From NCBI RefSeq assembly GCF_018977255.1, contig NW_024704742.1, positions 13,580,001-13,644,000 on the forward strand: DNA of 64,000 bases, given 5' to 3'. Position 1 is the stretch's first letter. Each line of letters begins with the position of its first letter. This stretch comes from Callorhinchus milii. Lineage: Eukaryota. The notes below the pieces were generated by a model, which saw nothing but the letters and a program-made list of their open reading frames with translations, ran no database searches and was not told the origin of the DNA. Position numbers and translations under genes: made by a program. This document shows positions 26,339-37,542 of the stretch, piece by piece.

Positions 26339-26647
26339 GTGGAGTCCTGTAACTCAGTGGTTAGAGCACTCGCTTTGCAAGCGAGAGACCTGAGTTCAAT
26401 TCCAGGCAGGGCGAAACCCTGGGCAAGTTTCCTTACTCCACACTTATAATAATAATCCTCCAAAAAAACCAAAAACAATAATAAATTGGTCATTTTCAAT
26501 CTACGACTGTTTGTGGGACAGTGCTGTGCGCAATTGGCTGCCGCGTTCGCCCACAAATATACAGTCAATTCACTTTACAGTGTGTTCTGTGAAGCACTTT
26601 GGGACGTCCTCCCAACGTGAAAAGCGCTATATCAAATGCAAGGATTA
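26339..26647 (+). mobile_element. Young tRNA-Ala-like SINE (short variant)
   Basis: A box taactcagtgg, anticodon arm ctcgc-tttgcaa-gcgag, B box gttcaattcc. CpGs retained. Highly similar to the 37216 and 60899 copies. Confidence 0.93.
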
Positions 26648-26724
26648 CAACTTCTAAGGCGGAATCCAGGAAATAGGGCACTCCAATGCAATCAGTGGAC
26701 TGGAACTGGGTTCCATGTGGTGCC

Positions 26725-27050
26725 TCTAGGCTGGCTCAGTTGGTGGCACTCTTCCCTCTGAGTCAGAAAATTCTACAAGCCCCGCATTGGGACTTTGAGC
26801 TCATAGTGTAGGCTGACATTCCAATGCAGTACTGGGGGAAGCGTTGCATTGTTGGAGGTGTTGTCCTTAGGATGAGATATTAAACCAAGGTCCCATTTGC
26901 CTGTTCAGGTGGATGTTAAAGATCCCATGACACTATTCAAAAAGAGAAGGGAGTTTTTTCCATGTCTTAGTCAACAATTCTCCAAATTAAAAATATTTAC
27001 TTACTAGTAGTTTTGGGGATATTGTTGTGCACATATTGGCTGCTGTAATA
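26725..27050 (+). mobile_element. Older Deu-domain-type SINE
   Basis: ggctcagttggtggcactctt...gagtcagaa...ggctgacattccaatgcagtactg...cctgttcaggtggatgttaaagatcccatg. Confidence 0.75.
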
Positions 27051-28139
27051 GTGGCAGTGATTGGGCAGGAGGGAGAAGCTGTAAGTGCTATTTTTCAGCA
27101 GAATGACCTTTATAAATTTCCAGAACCCTTTGAGGCCAGAACTTTGCTGCATAACATCAGAGTTACTGTCATAACTCTGACACTGGAGAGTGGCAGAAAC
27201 TCATTTCTCTTAAATAATAGAGTTGTTGGTGCTAATCTGCAGTGTTTAGTGCCAAATTCAAATCAAAGTGTGGCACCAAGCCAACCCACATTATTTACAA
27301 CAGCTCAGTTGTCACAACTAAAATCGTGTCCTGAATATTTACAGATCTATAGCTCTCAGAGCTCTGGTAAACCCGGGGACTTGTTTTCTTGCTAAGGGTA
27401 AACATTTCATTGTTGGCATATCATTATTTCATATTAAGTGAACAGTCACAGAGTCATAGTTGTTTTCTGTTGCCTTATGAAGCTGTTTCTTCATAAGGCA
27501 AGCTCTGCAGCTTTAAACCGTGGGAGATTTGCTATGTGTCAGCCTGGCTCTCGCCTCTGATTCAGAAGGCTGTGAGTTCAAGACCCGCATCGGGGCTTTG
27601 AACTCACATAGTCTAGGCTGACACTCCACTGCAGTGCTGGGGGCTTGTTGATTGTTGCCCTTCGAATAAGGTGTTAAACCAAGGTCCTGTTCTGGTGGAT
27701 GCTATAGATCCCATGAGACTTGAAAGGGGAGGGATGTTTCTTCCCCATCAATTCCCAAAATGAGGGAGGTTGGAAGGGTGGGGGTTCTGAAAGGCTGAGA
27801 TCAGATCAGAATCTGATTTGATTAGAGATCAGAAGGGCCATCTTGTGAAATATAAAAAATATAAAAAACTGGAAAAATAAAATGTAGCAGTCAATGACAA
27901 ATTTAGATACCACTCTGGGGTCAGATTATTTTTTGATACTAGTTTTCATTGTTTTGAGGCAGTGTTTTGAATTATATAATTATACAGTTCAGAAGAACTT
28001 GGTCCATTGAGTCTTCATCTGCTCTCAGAGCAAGGTGTTCATTCAATCACAAGGTCCTGCCTTTTCTTCATACTCCCTTCACCCTCGATCATATACCTGT
28101 CTACTTCAAAATGACCATCTGATAGAACATATCTCCAAG

Positions 28140-28660
28140 TCTCTTTCAAAGCACAAAAGAACTACGTGAGGCTTGATCAAAAAAATCTTGGCAATTGTGC
28201 ATGCCATTGAGGAAGTTCATGAATATATTTATGGAAAGAAACAAGGAGAGGCTGAGTCTGCCCACAAGCTGTTGGAAATAATTTTCAAGAAAGCATTATA
28301 GCCAGCTGCATCCACATTGCAGAGAATGATAAATGAGACTTTGAAAATACTTGCTGAAGGTGAAATCCGGACCAGCAAAAGGGCTGATTATTGCAGATAA
28401 TCTATTGACAGTTGTGAAAGTGACTGGAGACTTGCAGGACATGGATGAGGATGAATGTGAGGTAAGTATAACGCAGATGATAGCTAAAACAGAATTTAAA
28501 TATAAAAAGATAAAGTCAGACACTTTTGAAGATGTAGCTAAACAGGATTTAAGAACATTCCATGAAGCCTGTTAAAAGATACAACCAAACATCAAGAAAA
28601 AATAGATCATATTTTGGGGCTATAGAGATTAAATAATGGTACAAAATGAACGATTGGGGT
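28140..28660 (+). mobile_element. Ty3/Gypsy LTR-retrotransposon pol relic (RNase H region)
   Basis: Across frameshifts: KAQKNY...ILAIVHAIEEVHEYIYGKK...ESAHKLLEIIFKKAL*PAASTLQRM..RL*KYLLKVKSGPAKGLIIADNLL. Matches the Gypsy pattern AQ.NY..E.LAIV....FH.YIYG...ETDHKPLE.IFKKPL...RLQRM..RLQ.Y.....PGK...IAD.LSR. Confidence 0.8.
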
Positions 28661-31600
28661 GAGATATGCAATGTTGCTTTACAGGTATGTTACATCAAAT
28701 TTATTTTTAACTGACTCATAAGTAAGATAAAGTCATAAAGAATCTGAGCTGAATTATTGCAATTATTACACAGTGCACTGGAGATCACAAAGTGACTATA
28801 TGAAGCCTGTCCCAGGATAGAGCGGTAGGTGGGGCAGGAAGCCATGGCACGGCCCTCCAAATGACCAGAGACCCCTCCGATACATCTGAGCATACACGCC
28901 CCATCTCTGCCAAGTACTCACACCAGTCACGGGATAGGGAGGGAGGTCTCTGTGACACAAGACACTATCTTATGGGACGAGTTATCTGATCAATTTTACA
29001 TTATAAAAACTTACAAGAATTTCTAGAATGCGACTAGTTACGTGTTAAGCAGATTGACTAGTAACATAGTATCCCTTATTAATATTTTGTTTGTGAAGTA
29101 GCTGGGATATTGACAGTATGGTAAATAGCTAGGGTTGACTTCTCAGGAGTTTACTATAATTCATATTCTGTATTTAAGGAATCTCTTAATTTAAATTAAA
29201 CTTTTGACCCCAATGCAAACTGTACATGAATGGAAACCCGCCCCTGTGACACAAATACCAGAGATGCATTGAAATATATACAGTGACTACTCTTGATGTA
29301 CAGTCATACAGAAAGGGACAGATATCATGTCAATAGATTTAAGGTAGTGATTGATTTGCCTGCTGTTCACAGCTTTACTGACTGTTGTAGAAATGAATCT
29401 ATGACCTGCATTTTAGCGTCTTTATAAGCAATAGGACTATAGCAGTAATGAAACAGTAAAGACAATCTGAGAAGGACAACTTCAAATAAATTAATCCCTT
29501 ATAGAGACTAATATTGAGAATACTTATGAATATGAATTTGCAGATGAGATGCAATTAAAGCCAGAAGTGGCAGAGTGGTTATTAACACTGCTGGGTATAG
29601 AAAGTGTTAGGTGAAATGGATGCAGAGGAATAATCTTCTCAGCTACCTGGATTACTCGGACAACCCACCCTTTCTGATGCCAATTGACACACAAGCTTTA
29701 CAAAAACCTATTTGGTGACCTAGCACTCCGCGCAATGAAACAACTTGTGTCAAAATGTGTTGCTATGTTGCAAAAACATCATTGATAATAATCTTAATAT
29801 TTGCATTTGGTATTGAAACTTGTTATGTGAAAACAACAAAATGTCACAGATTTCTTTGTTAAGTCTAGTTACTGTGTATTTGCAGGCAAATACAGCAGGC
29901 AATTGGCTCACAACAAAGTCCAACAAACAGCCAGTTAATACTGAGCTGCCATTTTCAAGTGGATTTTAAAAATCCTTTGGCATTATTTGAAAAGAAAAGA
30001 TAATTCCTCTCAGTCTCCTGTCCTACAATCCTTCAGTGACATTGAACATTCATCTCCGGTTTGTTTGTAAGGCCCTGTTGTGCACCAAATGGCTGCCACA
30101 TTTGGCTACATAAACAGACTGAAATCTTCGAGGTCAATAAAATTGCAAAGTCTTTCTTATAAATGTTATGGAGGAACATGGCTTAACTTTTCTTGCAATG
30201 CTCTCACAAGATCAAAAGACAGGTCCAGATGTCTTTTGCTCATTTGATCTTACCTTTTCAGAATACCCAACGTTCCAACCACCATTACACTATGAAGCTG
30301 TTTTTTGAATGGGTTCAGTGTCCTGACCTCAAACACCGATCCTGGTGATCTGTTCCACTTGTTCATTACTCTGGATAAAGACATGCTTTCTGGTGTCTTG
30401 TAACGTATGACTTCACAAGATGACCCAACACGTTTGGATGACAAAGGCCTTTCAGCCTATTTTATCTCATTCTGGCGTAACCACCTTACAGCATCAAGCT
30501 GTCATTTGACATCTTTCAGTCTGGGCAATTCTTTGCATGAGGTTTGTAAATCACAGTGTCCTGGACAAGCAAGGGGGTTCTGGAATGCTACCCTATGCGA
30601 CGGGCGCTAAATAAATGCAAGTTATTGGAGTTGTTGTTGGTTGCCCTGTCAGAAATCATTTACAATTTCTCCTTGGTTTAGCCAGAAAGGTATCTTGCAA
30701 TTGCTTTGCTTGCCTGCTAACATTTTCCATGTCCCTATTCCTGGGAGCGATACATTTGGGGACTGTTTAAAGTGACTGCAGCAATATCTGTAATCTAACA
30801 AGAAATGCAAGGGACCTGACTGGCTTTGTATTGCCATGGAAACATTAGGTAGAAACAACTTTCGCAGCTGCTAAGGTCAAAAGAAGTAAGAGGACAGCAC
30901 TGTATCTTATTTTGCAATGAAGTACCAGGAGAAGGGATTGATAAATTCTAATTATGAGCAGCACAACTCCTAATGGAACTGGACTGAACTCTGAAGGCAT
31001 CATCCACTGGAAGTCTAATTTGAGCTGAACAGCAATGCTGAAAGTGGCGTTTATACAAGAGACATCACAATTTTTGTTTTGGTCAGCTAGGTGCCTGCCA
31101 CACACAAAACACCTCTCGCGTACTTTCATACAGAATCAGTTTCAATTTCCCAGTTCTGGAGTTTGGAATGACTAACATTCCACTTGTCCATGTCAGGAGA
31201 ATACAATCATAATAATAATTAATAATTATTTTAATAACAATAATATGATTATACCATATAATAATATATATTATTTTATAATATAAAACCTTATGTCATC
31301 AAGACATCTCAAAGAGCTTCACAGGACTTCACAGGACATACTGTAAATTGGACACTTGATGTATTTAAAGTGTGGATTTGGGAGATGCTAAGGGATTAGA
31401 GCCTCTTCCTTCAAAAATGTATGTTGTAATGTTGGCTTGATTTAGTTAACAGTTTAGTTTGCCAATACGAAGCACAGATAAACTTCCCACTGCTTAATCA
31501 GCTCGGAAATCCCTATCTCTCAGGGCAACTAGCCTTTGCAGAATTGTCAGGAAATGATTAGGAAAAAGCTTGATCCCAATGACCTATTGAAATTACTGCT

Positions 31601-31749
31601 CAGTTAACGTCAGACAAGCAGCAATGTCCATAAAGCAAATAAATGATGGGTTGACTTCTGCCCCTCATTATAACTCAAATTAACAGTGCTTCTAATCCCC
31701 AGACTCCACCTCGCCTCAGCCTGTAAGATCATTTCATTTTAACATTTAA

Positions 31750-31935
31750 GATTATATAAAATTGTGGAAAAAATCTTCCATTCACTCTTAATTTTGAATC
31801 TAATTTTCTGCAGTTCTTGGAAATAACCGATTTCCAAATTAAGACCCAATTTTATGAAATTTCCACAATTCAGTGCAATTTTAAATTTTACGGCATATTG
31901 GTCCACAGACTGAGACTTGGTGAAATTTCAGGCTC
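31750..31935 (-). mobile_element. Fragment of the AT-rich MITE family with GGGCCTGAAATTTC termini
   Basis: Reverse complement aligns by eye with 49619-49730 (gcctgaaatttc..agtct.agtctgt.gacca...aattgtg.aaa.ttc.taaa). Confidence 0.65.
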
Positions 31936-33834
31936 TACATCCTAGTTTGGTTCCATTTTGAGCTGCCCTCTCATACTTAGTATTTATAGTTTCTTCAGTA
32001 AATTGTCTATTAGAAATTGACAAAGTAAAGTAAAACATAGGATCACTTGTACAAACTTTGGAGTGTCATTTTGTCATGGCCTACACCTGTTACTGTGTTT
32101 CTCTGCAATCTAACTGGATCTCTCCTACAAGCCACAGCTGTGCAATGAGTGACAACAATTTGCTTGACTGATTTTTTGTTGAACCTGAAGCTCAGCCTTA
32201 CACCTGACCTAATTGTTGAATCCTCCAGTGTTCCAGACAATGAACATCATATTGCGGTGCTCCCTCCAATTCTTCCAGACCATCCAAACTTTTACAAAAC
32301 ACCACTTAATCTCACTTCCCTTCACTTCGCATAGCAGTAAAAAAAGATTCACCTTTATGGAATCTTCCAAGGGTCTGAAAATCAATAGCTTTCTTTAAGG
32401 GTCAACAGTTCTACACCTCCTCTCTGTTTAATCAAACTGTTGTCAAGAATCATTCCTATCGCTCCATGCCTTCTTCTCTCAAGCAAACACAGGTCAAGTT
32501 CTGTTCTTTTGTCTTCAAAGCAACACTTTTTTTCTTGTCTGTTTCTCTAAACAGTCAACTGATACTGTGAATTTGAAGCTCAAGCTGTTAAACAACAAAT
32601 GCAACCTAAGAAAGTTCAAGGCCAATACACATCACTTTTTCCTCCTTCTCCTCTACCTCTCAGTGCCAAGGGTTTCTTAATTCAGAAGCATGATACTTCT
32701 TTTAAACCCTGTTTCCCCGAAGGTGATTGCTTAGAACCACTGCATTATGTGCTATTCCGATTCTATTTAGTGTTTTATTTAAGTACGTATAAACAAAATC
32801 AAATATAATAATGATGCTTCTTACATTTGATACATCACCTTTTACATTATGTGAATATCTCAAAGTCCTTCACAGAATTTAGAGAAAGTGACTGAATATT
32901 TTGTAGGTAAGCACAAGGGCAATTTGTGCACAGTGATATCCCACAAACATCTATTAACTGAATGAACAATTTTATAGTATTCTGTTCATTTAAACAAATT
33001 AACTGTTATTTTCATTCAGAGATTAACTGTGGTTTCCTTCTCCACTGCTTGAAAAATGACTATTAAAAGCAAATCACAAGCTTACAACAATAACCACAAC
33101 AACTTACATTTATATAACACCCTTTATGCAAGATAGCATGAAAACAAAACTAGATTTGAATGAAGAAAGGCTTTATCATGTTTGATCTCATCCTTCCAGA
33201 ATACCTGCTGCCTGACAAAAAATATCGCAAATTCTGTACCTTACAACAAATATCACATCAATCACTGCAACCTACACCTCCCCCCTCAACTCCTCACCCC
33301 AACAGTATCTGCTTGTACAGATTGTATTTGGCTCATAAACGTCTTATCCTTTCGCTTCCTGGTCATCTCCGCAAATAAGAAATATGTGAGGTTTGTCAGT
33401 CCATGTACAACACTCAGAAGTGATAGGCTTTTAGCTAATTCAGAACAGATGCTGTTCAGCACATTCAGTACCACAGACCCTATTAATCAGCAGTACTGAT
33501 TATGTTCTCACATGTTTTCTACATTTTCTACATTCAAGACATAGGAAATAGCTTTTTGATTGTAATGTTCTTGCAGTCCAGTGAACGGTCTTGTCTATTT
33601 CACCCATGACACTGAATCAAAGGGAATGAATAATGCTGTATTTGGTGTGGTGATTATCACTGGTGATTTTTATCGCCGATGATAACAATCACATCAGATG
33701 TTGCATTCTCTTCCCCCCCCGCCCCCCCCAAACATTAAGGCTATTAACTTTTTGGTAGATTTAATTCACATTCAGTTAAAAAATAGCTTTTATAATATGG
33801 AAAGGATACTGATCATTGATTCCTGCATCATCTT

Positions 33835-34060
33835 GTGTGTGTGTTTGTGCATTTGTGTGCACACATGTGTATGCATGTGTGTCTGTGTATGAATATGTGT
33901 GGTTCGTGGTGGTGTGTATGCATGCGTATGATTTATGACTGTGTGTGTGTGAATGAGGATATGTTTGTATGTGCCTGCTTGTGTATATTTAAATGTGTGC
34001 GTGTGTATGACTGTGTGTTTGTGTGTGACTGCGTTTGTGTGTTTGTGCTTAATGGTGTTT
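33835..34060. repeat. Degenerate (TG)n low-complexity tract
   Basis: Continuous tgtgtg-rich run; the source of the Cys/Val-rich pseudo-ORFs. Confidence 0.9.
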
Positions 34061-34116
34061 GAGTGAGCTGAAGGGGGAGGTGACTATTATTTCATAGTTT
34101 ACCACTTAATATAATA

Positions 34117-34300
34117 CAGTAAACTCCTTATAACTCGTCACTCCAAGGAAAAAGTGCTTAGTGACGAGTTGTACAGAGTGGTGAGTTAGGCATATGCATA
34201 AATACGTAAATAAATGCAGCTGGGATATTGACAGCATGTTGACTTGTTAACAACAAGTTGTAACAAGTTAAGCCAGAGTCGAGTTATCAGAACTTTACTG
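34117..34300. mobile_element. 184-bp Tc1/mariner-pogo (Tigger-like) MITE
   Basis: TA flanks at 34115-34116 and 34301-34302. Imperfect 21-bp TIRs cagtaaactccttataactcg / cgagttatcagaactttactg. A related right-end remnant lies near 28975-29158. Confidence 0.85.
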
Positions 34301-34825
34301 TATGTTACCACTGGTGGTAAGAACATTTATTGTAAATGCTGCTAATTCAAATTTACCACATATTTACAACTTTGACTAAAACATTAATTAAATCAATTAG
34401 CAGAAGATTTGAATCAGCCAGAAGAGTATTTCCTTCCCTCATGCTGTATTCAGTCACATTTAAAATATGTTTAAATCCTACAGCTAAACATCTTTGCAAG
34501 TTCCACAATATCTCTCCTGAGTAGAGTCTTAGTCACTGGTGCTGCCCAGGAGATTGTTTTTAAGTCTGGTAGTCCAGTGTCCTGGCCACAACTACTCTTC
34601 ATGGCAACCTGTTCCAGTTGATAATTTCCCTCTAAGTAATATGTTGCGTGCAAGTATTGTCTATTGCTTGGAACTATTATAAGAAAAATTAACAGGGTAG
34701 TATTTTGGTGATGCATAATGTAGTAATAAAGGACATATAATCAGACAGCATGATTTCTGAAAGTAATGAAGCACACACACCTGCAAATTCAATGCTGATT
34801 TCCAGGTGAGGTCAATCTTTTCCAG

Positions 34826-35157
34826 GTGGAGTCCTGTAGCTCAGTGATTAGAGCACTCGCCTCGCAAGCGAGAGACCTGGGTTTGATTCCCGGCAGGAGA
34901 AAATCTTGGGTAAGTTTCCTTACTCCACACGCCTGATAATAATCCCTCAAGAAAAAAATATAATAATAAATTGGTCACTTCAATTCATGACTGTTTGTGG
35001 GACACTGCTGTGCGCAATTGGCTGCCGCTTTTCGCCAACAAAAAAAGTACAGTCAATTCACTTTACAGTATATTCTGTGAAGCACTTTGAGACGTCTAGA
35101 AGACGTGAAAAGCACTATATCAAATGGAAGGATTATTATTATTATTATTATTATTAT
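34826..35157 (+). mobile_element. Young tRNA-derived SINE (short variant)
   Basis: gtggagtcctgtagctcag head with ctcgc-ctcgcaa-gcgag arm; long (ATT)n tail. Confidence 0.93.
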
Positions 35158-37215
35158 CACTCTAGTCTTGGGAAGCTTATCCACCTTGTGTGTTGCTAGG
35201 TGCTAGGACCTTGATGAGTTCCATAATTGTGACAAAATTGTCACAAATGGTCATGAAGCTAACAACCAACTTTTCTGGAGGATGGTTAGCCAGGATATCG
35301 GAAGAAGCTCCCTTCTCTTTTTGAAATAATGCATTAGAATTATTAACATCCATCTAAACAGGCAGATGGGAGCTTGGTTTAACGTCATCTGAAGGACAGT
35401 GATTATGATCATTAATAATACATTAGCTTGATCATTAACCTGCCAGGCTTGTGGAGATGAGACAAAGGCATAGAGGAATAAACACATGGCAGATTGGGTA
35501 ATTCTTCCCTGTTCCAAGACTCAGGCGTGACGCAGGAAGAAAGGGCAGAAAATAGTGATTTATTGTCCATTTCTTAGCAGAATCATTTAACTGATTCCTA
35601 ACTTCATAATTAACGCTCTCTTTCGTTCAGTGATTGTGATGAATGGTTGTTATTAATCTTTGAATTTATCATTTTGAAACATTTCTGACAACCAAATTGT
35701 AACACTGAGACATTCTTTATAACAGGTGTCTCATCATCAGTGTCCTTGAGAAACCAGCAGAATTTTTAGAAAAATGCAACATTTTCTGTCTATTTTAATT
35801 ATCATGGGAAATAAGTTTGCTTTAAGTAATCATGTCATCAGGGTATTCAAATTTCATGTTCTCTGTAGCTCGGTTGGTTAGGCACTGGATTTGGGATCAG
35901 AAAGTTTTGTTATTGAAATCCAATCTGTCACTCATCAGCACCTTGGGACGTACTCCCGACGTGAAAGGCGCTACACAAATGTAATCTTGTTTTTGTTGTT
36001 TTCGATTTTAATACAATATCTAAAAACAGGGTTTTTCACTAATTGAACTGGCTTTGAAGGACCACACAAGAGAGTTACGAGTTAAGAAGACAGTTGTTCT
36101 ACTCAACTGGTTGTGTGCCCAATTATGCCATCAATTTCAGAGTCCAACTTTGGATTGCTTGCTGCTGAATTGCAGCAAGTGGATGTCCAGCTGTGATATC
36201 CTAGTATTTCAGAATCAATTGATTTATTTACAGTTTGCTTACAAGTGTAGCCTGATATGTACATATCTGACACAAGCTTGCTCCAGCTATCTCACAAGTC
36301 GCCTGAACAGTTACTGAATGTTATCCCATCAACTTTAGGCAGCACATTGGGTATAAATTCTATAGGTTGAAATTTATCTTCTGTGCATTTCAGAGAGTCC
36401 AGAATTTGGTAAGTTCTTAAATGCAATCTTAATTTTAAGGCTGTTTTTTGCCTATTTATTTCTGTAAGTTCTTAAAAGATATCTTAAGAGAATTATTTTA
36501 ACAGAAGACTGACAAGAGTTCAGATTAAAATCAATTATTTGCCAATTTCTTGATGCTCTGAAATGCTATGAAAATAGAATCAGTGTAGACTCAAGTGTAA
36601 TTTCTCCTATTATATTTTAGATGACACATTCGTGCCCATCAATTAAATTAATTGCCCTCGAATTGGGGCATGGAGTGTGTCATCTCTGAAAAATGGATTG
36701 TGCATGCAGGAGAATCTGCTCTATGTTCATCAGGGCTGTATCATAAACAGAACATGCGTACCCCGTATTTTCATATTTTGGTCAGCTTTTTTTTGAGTTT
36801 GTAGTTTCAACAGGCCTGCCTTCCAGTAACCCTTTGAACATTCATCAAACCTCATCACTAACCTTCTTGAATTATGTTTATGGCTTCCCAAAGTCATGTA
36901 GCTTTGATAAACAATATCCCAGTGGATAAAGCTCTTCATCTCAGCTCTGGCGCCTGACTTTTACTAGTAATTAAGTCACACCCTATTGATCTTATTACTA
37001 TGTGCAACCTTTTGTGTGTTATAAACATTGACAACCCCTATCAATAATTCTTTAATGGGAAGATGGCATGTAATGAACGACTAGCATCACAGTAGTCCTT
37101 TTTCTATATTTGCATGTGTCGTTTTATCAATAGAGTTAATAATAATAATAATAATCCTTGCATTTGATATTGCGCTTTTCATGTCTTCCAGACGTCCCAA
37201 AGCGCTTCACAGAAT

Positions 37216-37542
37216 ATAATAATAATAATAATAATCCTTGCATTTGATATAGCACTTTTCACGTCGGGAGGACGTCCCAAAGCGCTTCACAGAACACACT
37301 GTAAAGTGAATTGACTGTATATTTGTGGGCAAACGCGGCAGCCAATTGCGCACAGCAATGTCCCACAAACAGTCGTAGATTGAAAATGACCAATTTATTA
37401 TTTTTTTTTTGGTTTTGGAGGGATTATTATCAAGTGTGTGGAGTAAGGAAACTTGCCCAAGGTTTCGCCCTCTGCCTGGAATTGAACTCAGGTCTCTCAC
37501 TTGCAAAGCGAGTGCTCTAACCACTGAGCTACAGGACTCCAC
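37216..37542 (-). mobile_element. Young tRNA-Ala-like SINE (short variant), with an extra tail-only copy at about 37138-37215
   Basis: Near-identical to 60899-61216; the 3' stem-loop and tail are duplicated in tandem. Confidence 0.93.

Noticed and set aside
26339..26415. Apparent tRNA-Ala genes (also at 34826, 37470-37542, 61140-61216)
   Set aside because: The cloverleaf-like heads run directly into a shared SINE body and tail, have imperfect acceptor and T stems, and have no adjacent poly-T terminator. They are SINE heads, not tRNA genes.
26050..26568. 172-aa ORF beginning [15 protein letters not shown] (recurs at 37311 and 60990)
   Set aside because: It is the antisense reading of the SINE; the recurrence reflects SINE copy number.
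27027..27395. 122-aa ORF
   Set aside because: Starts inside a SINE and shows no recognisable protein features.
33698..34062. Cys/Val-rich ORFs
   Set aside because: These are translations of a (TG)n tract.
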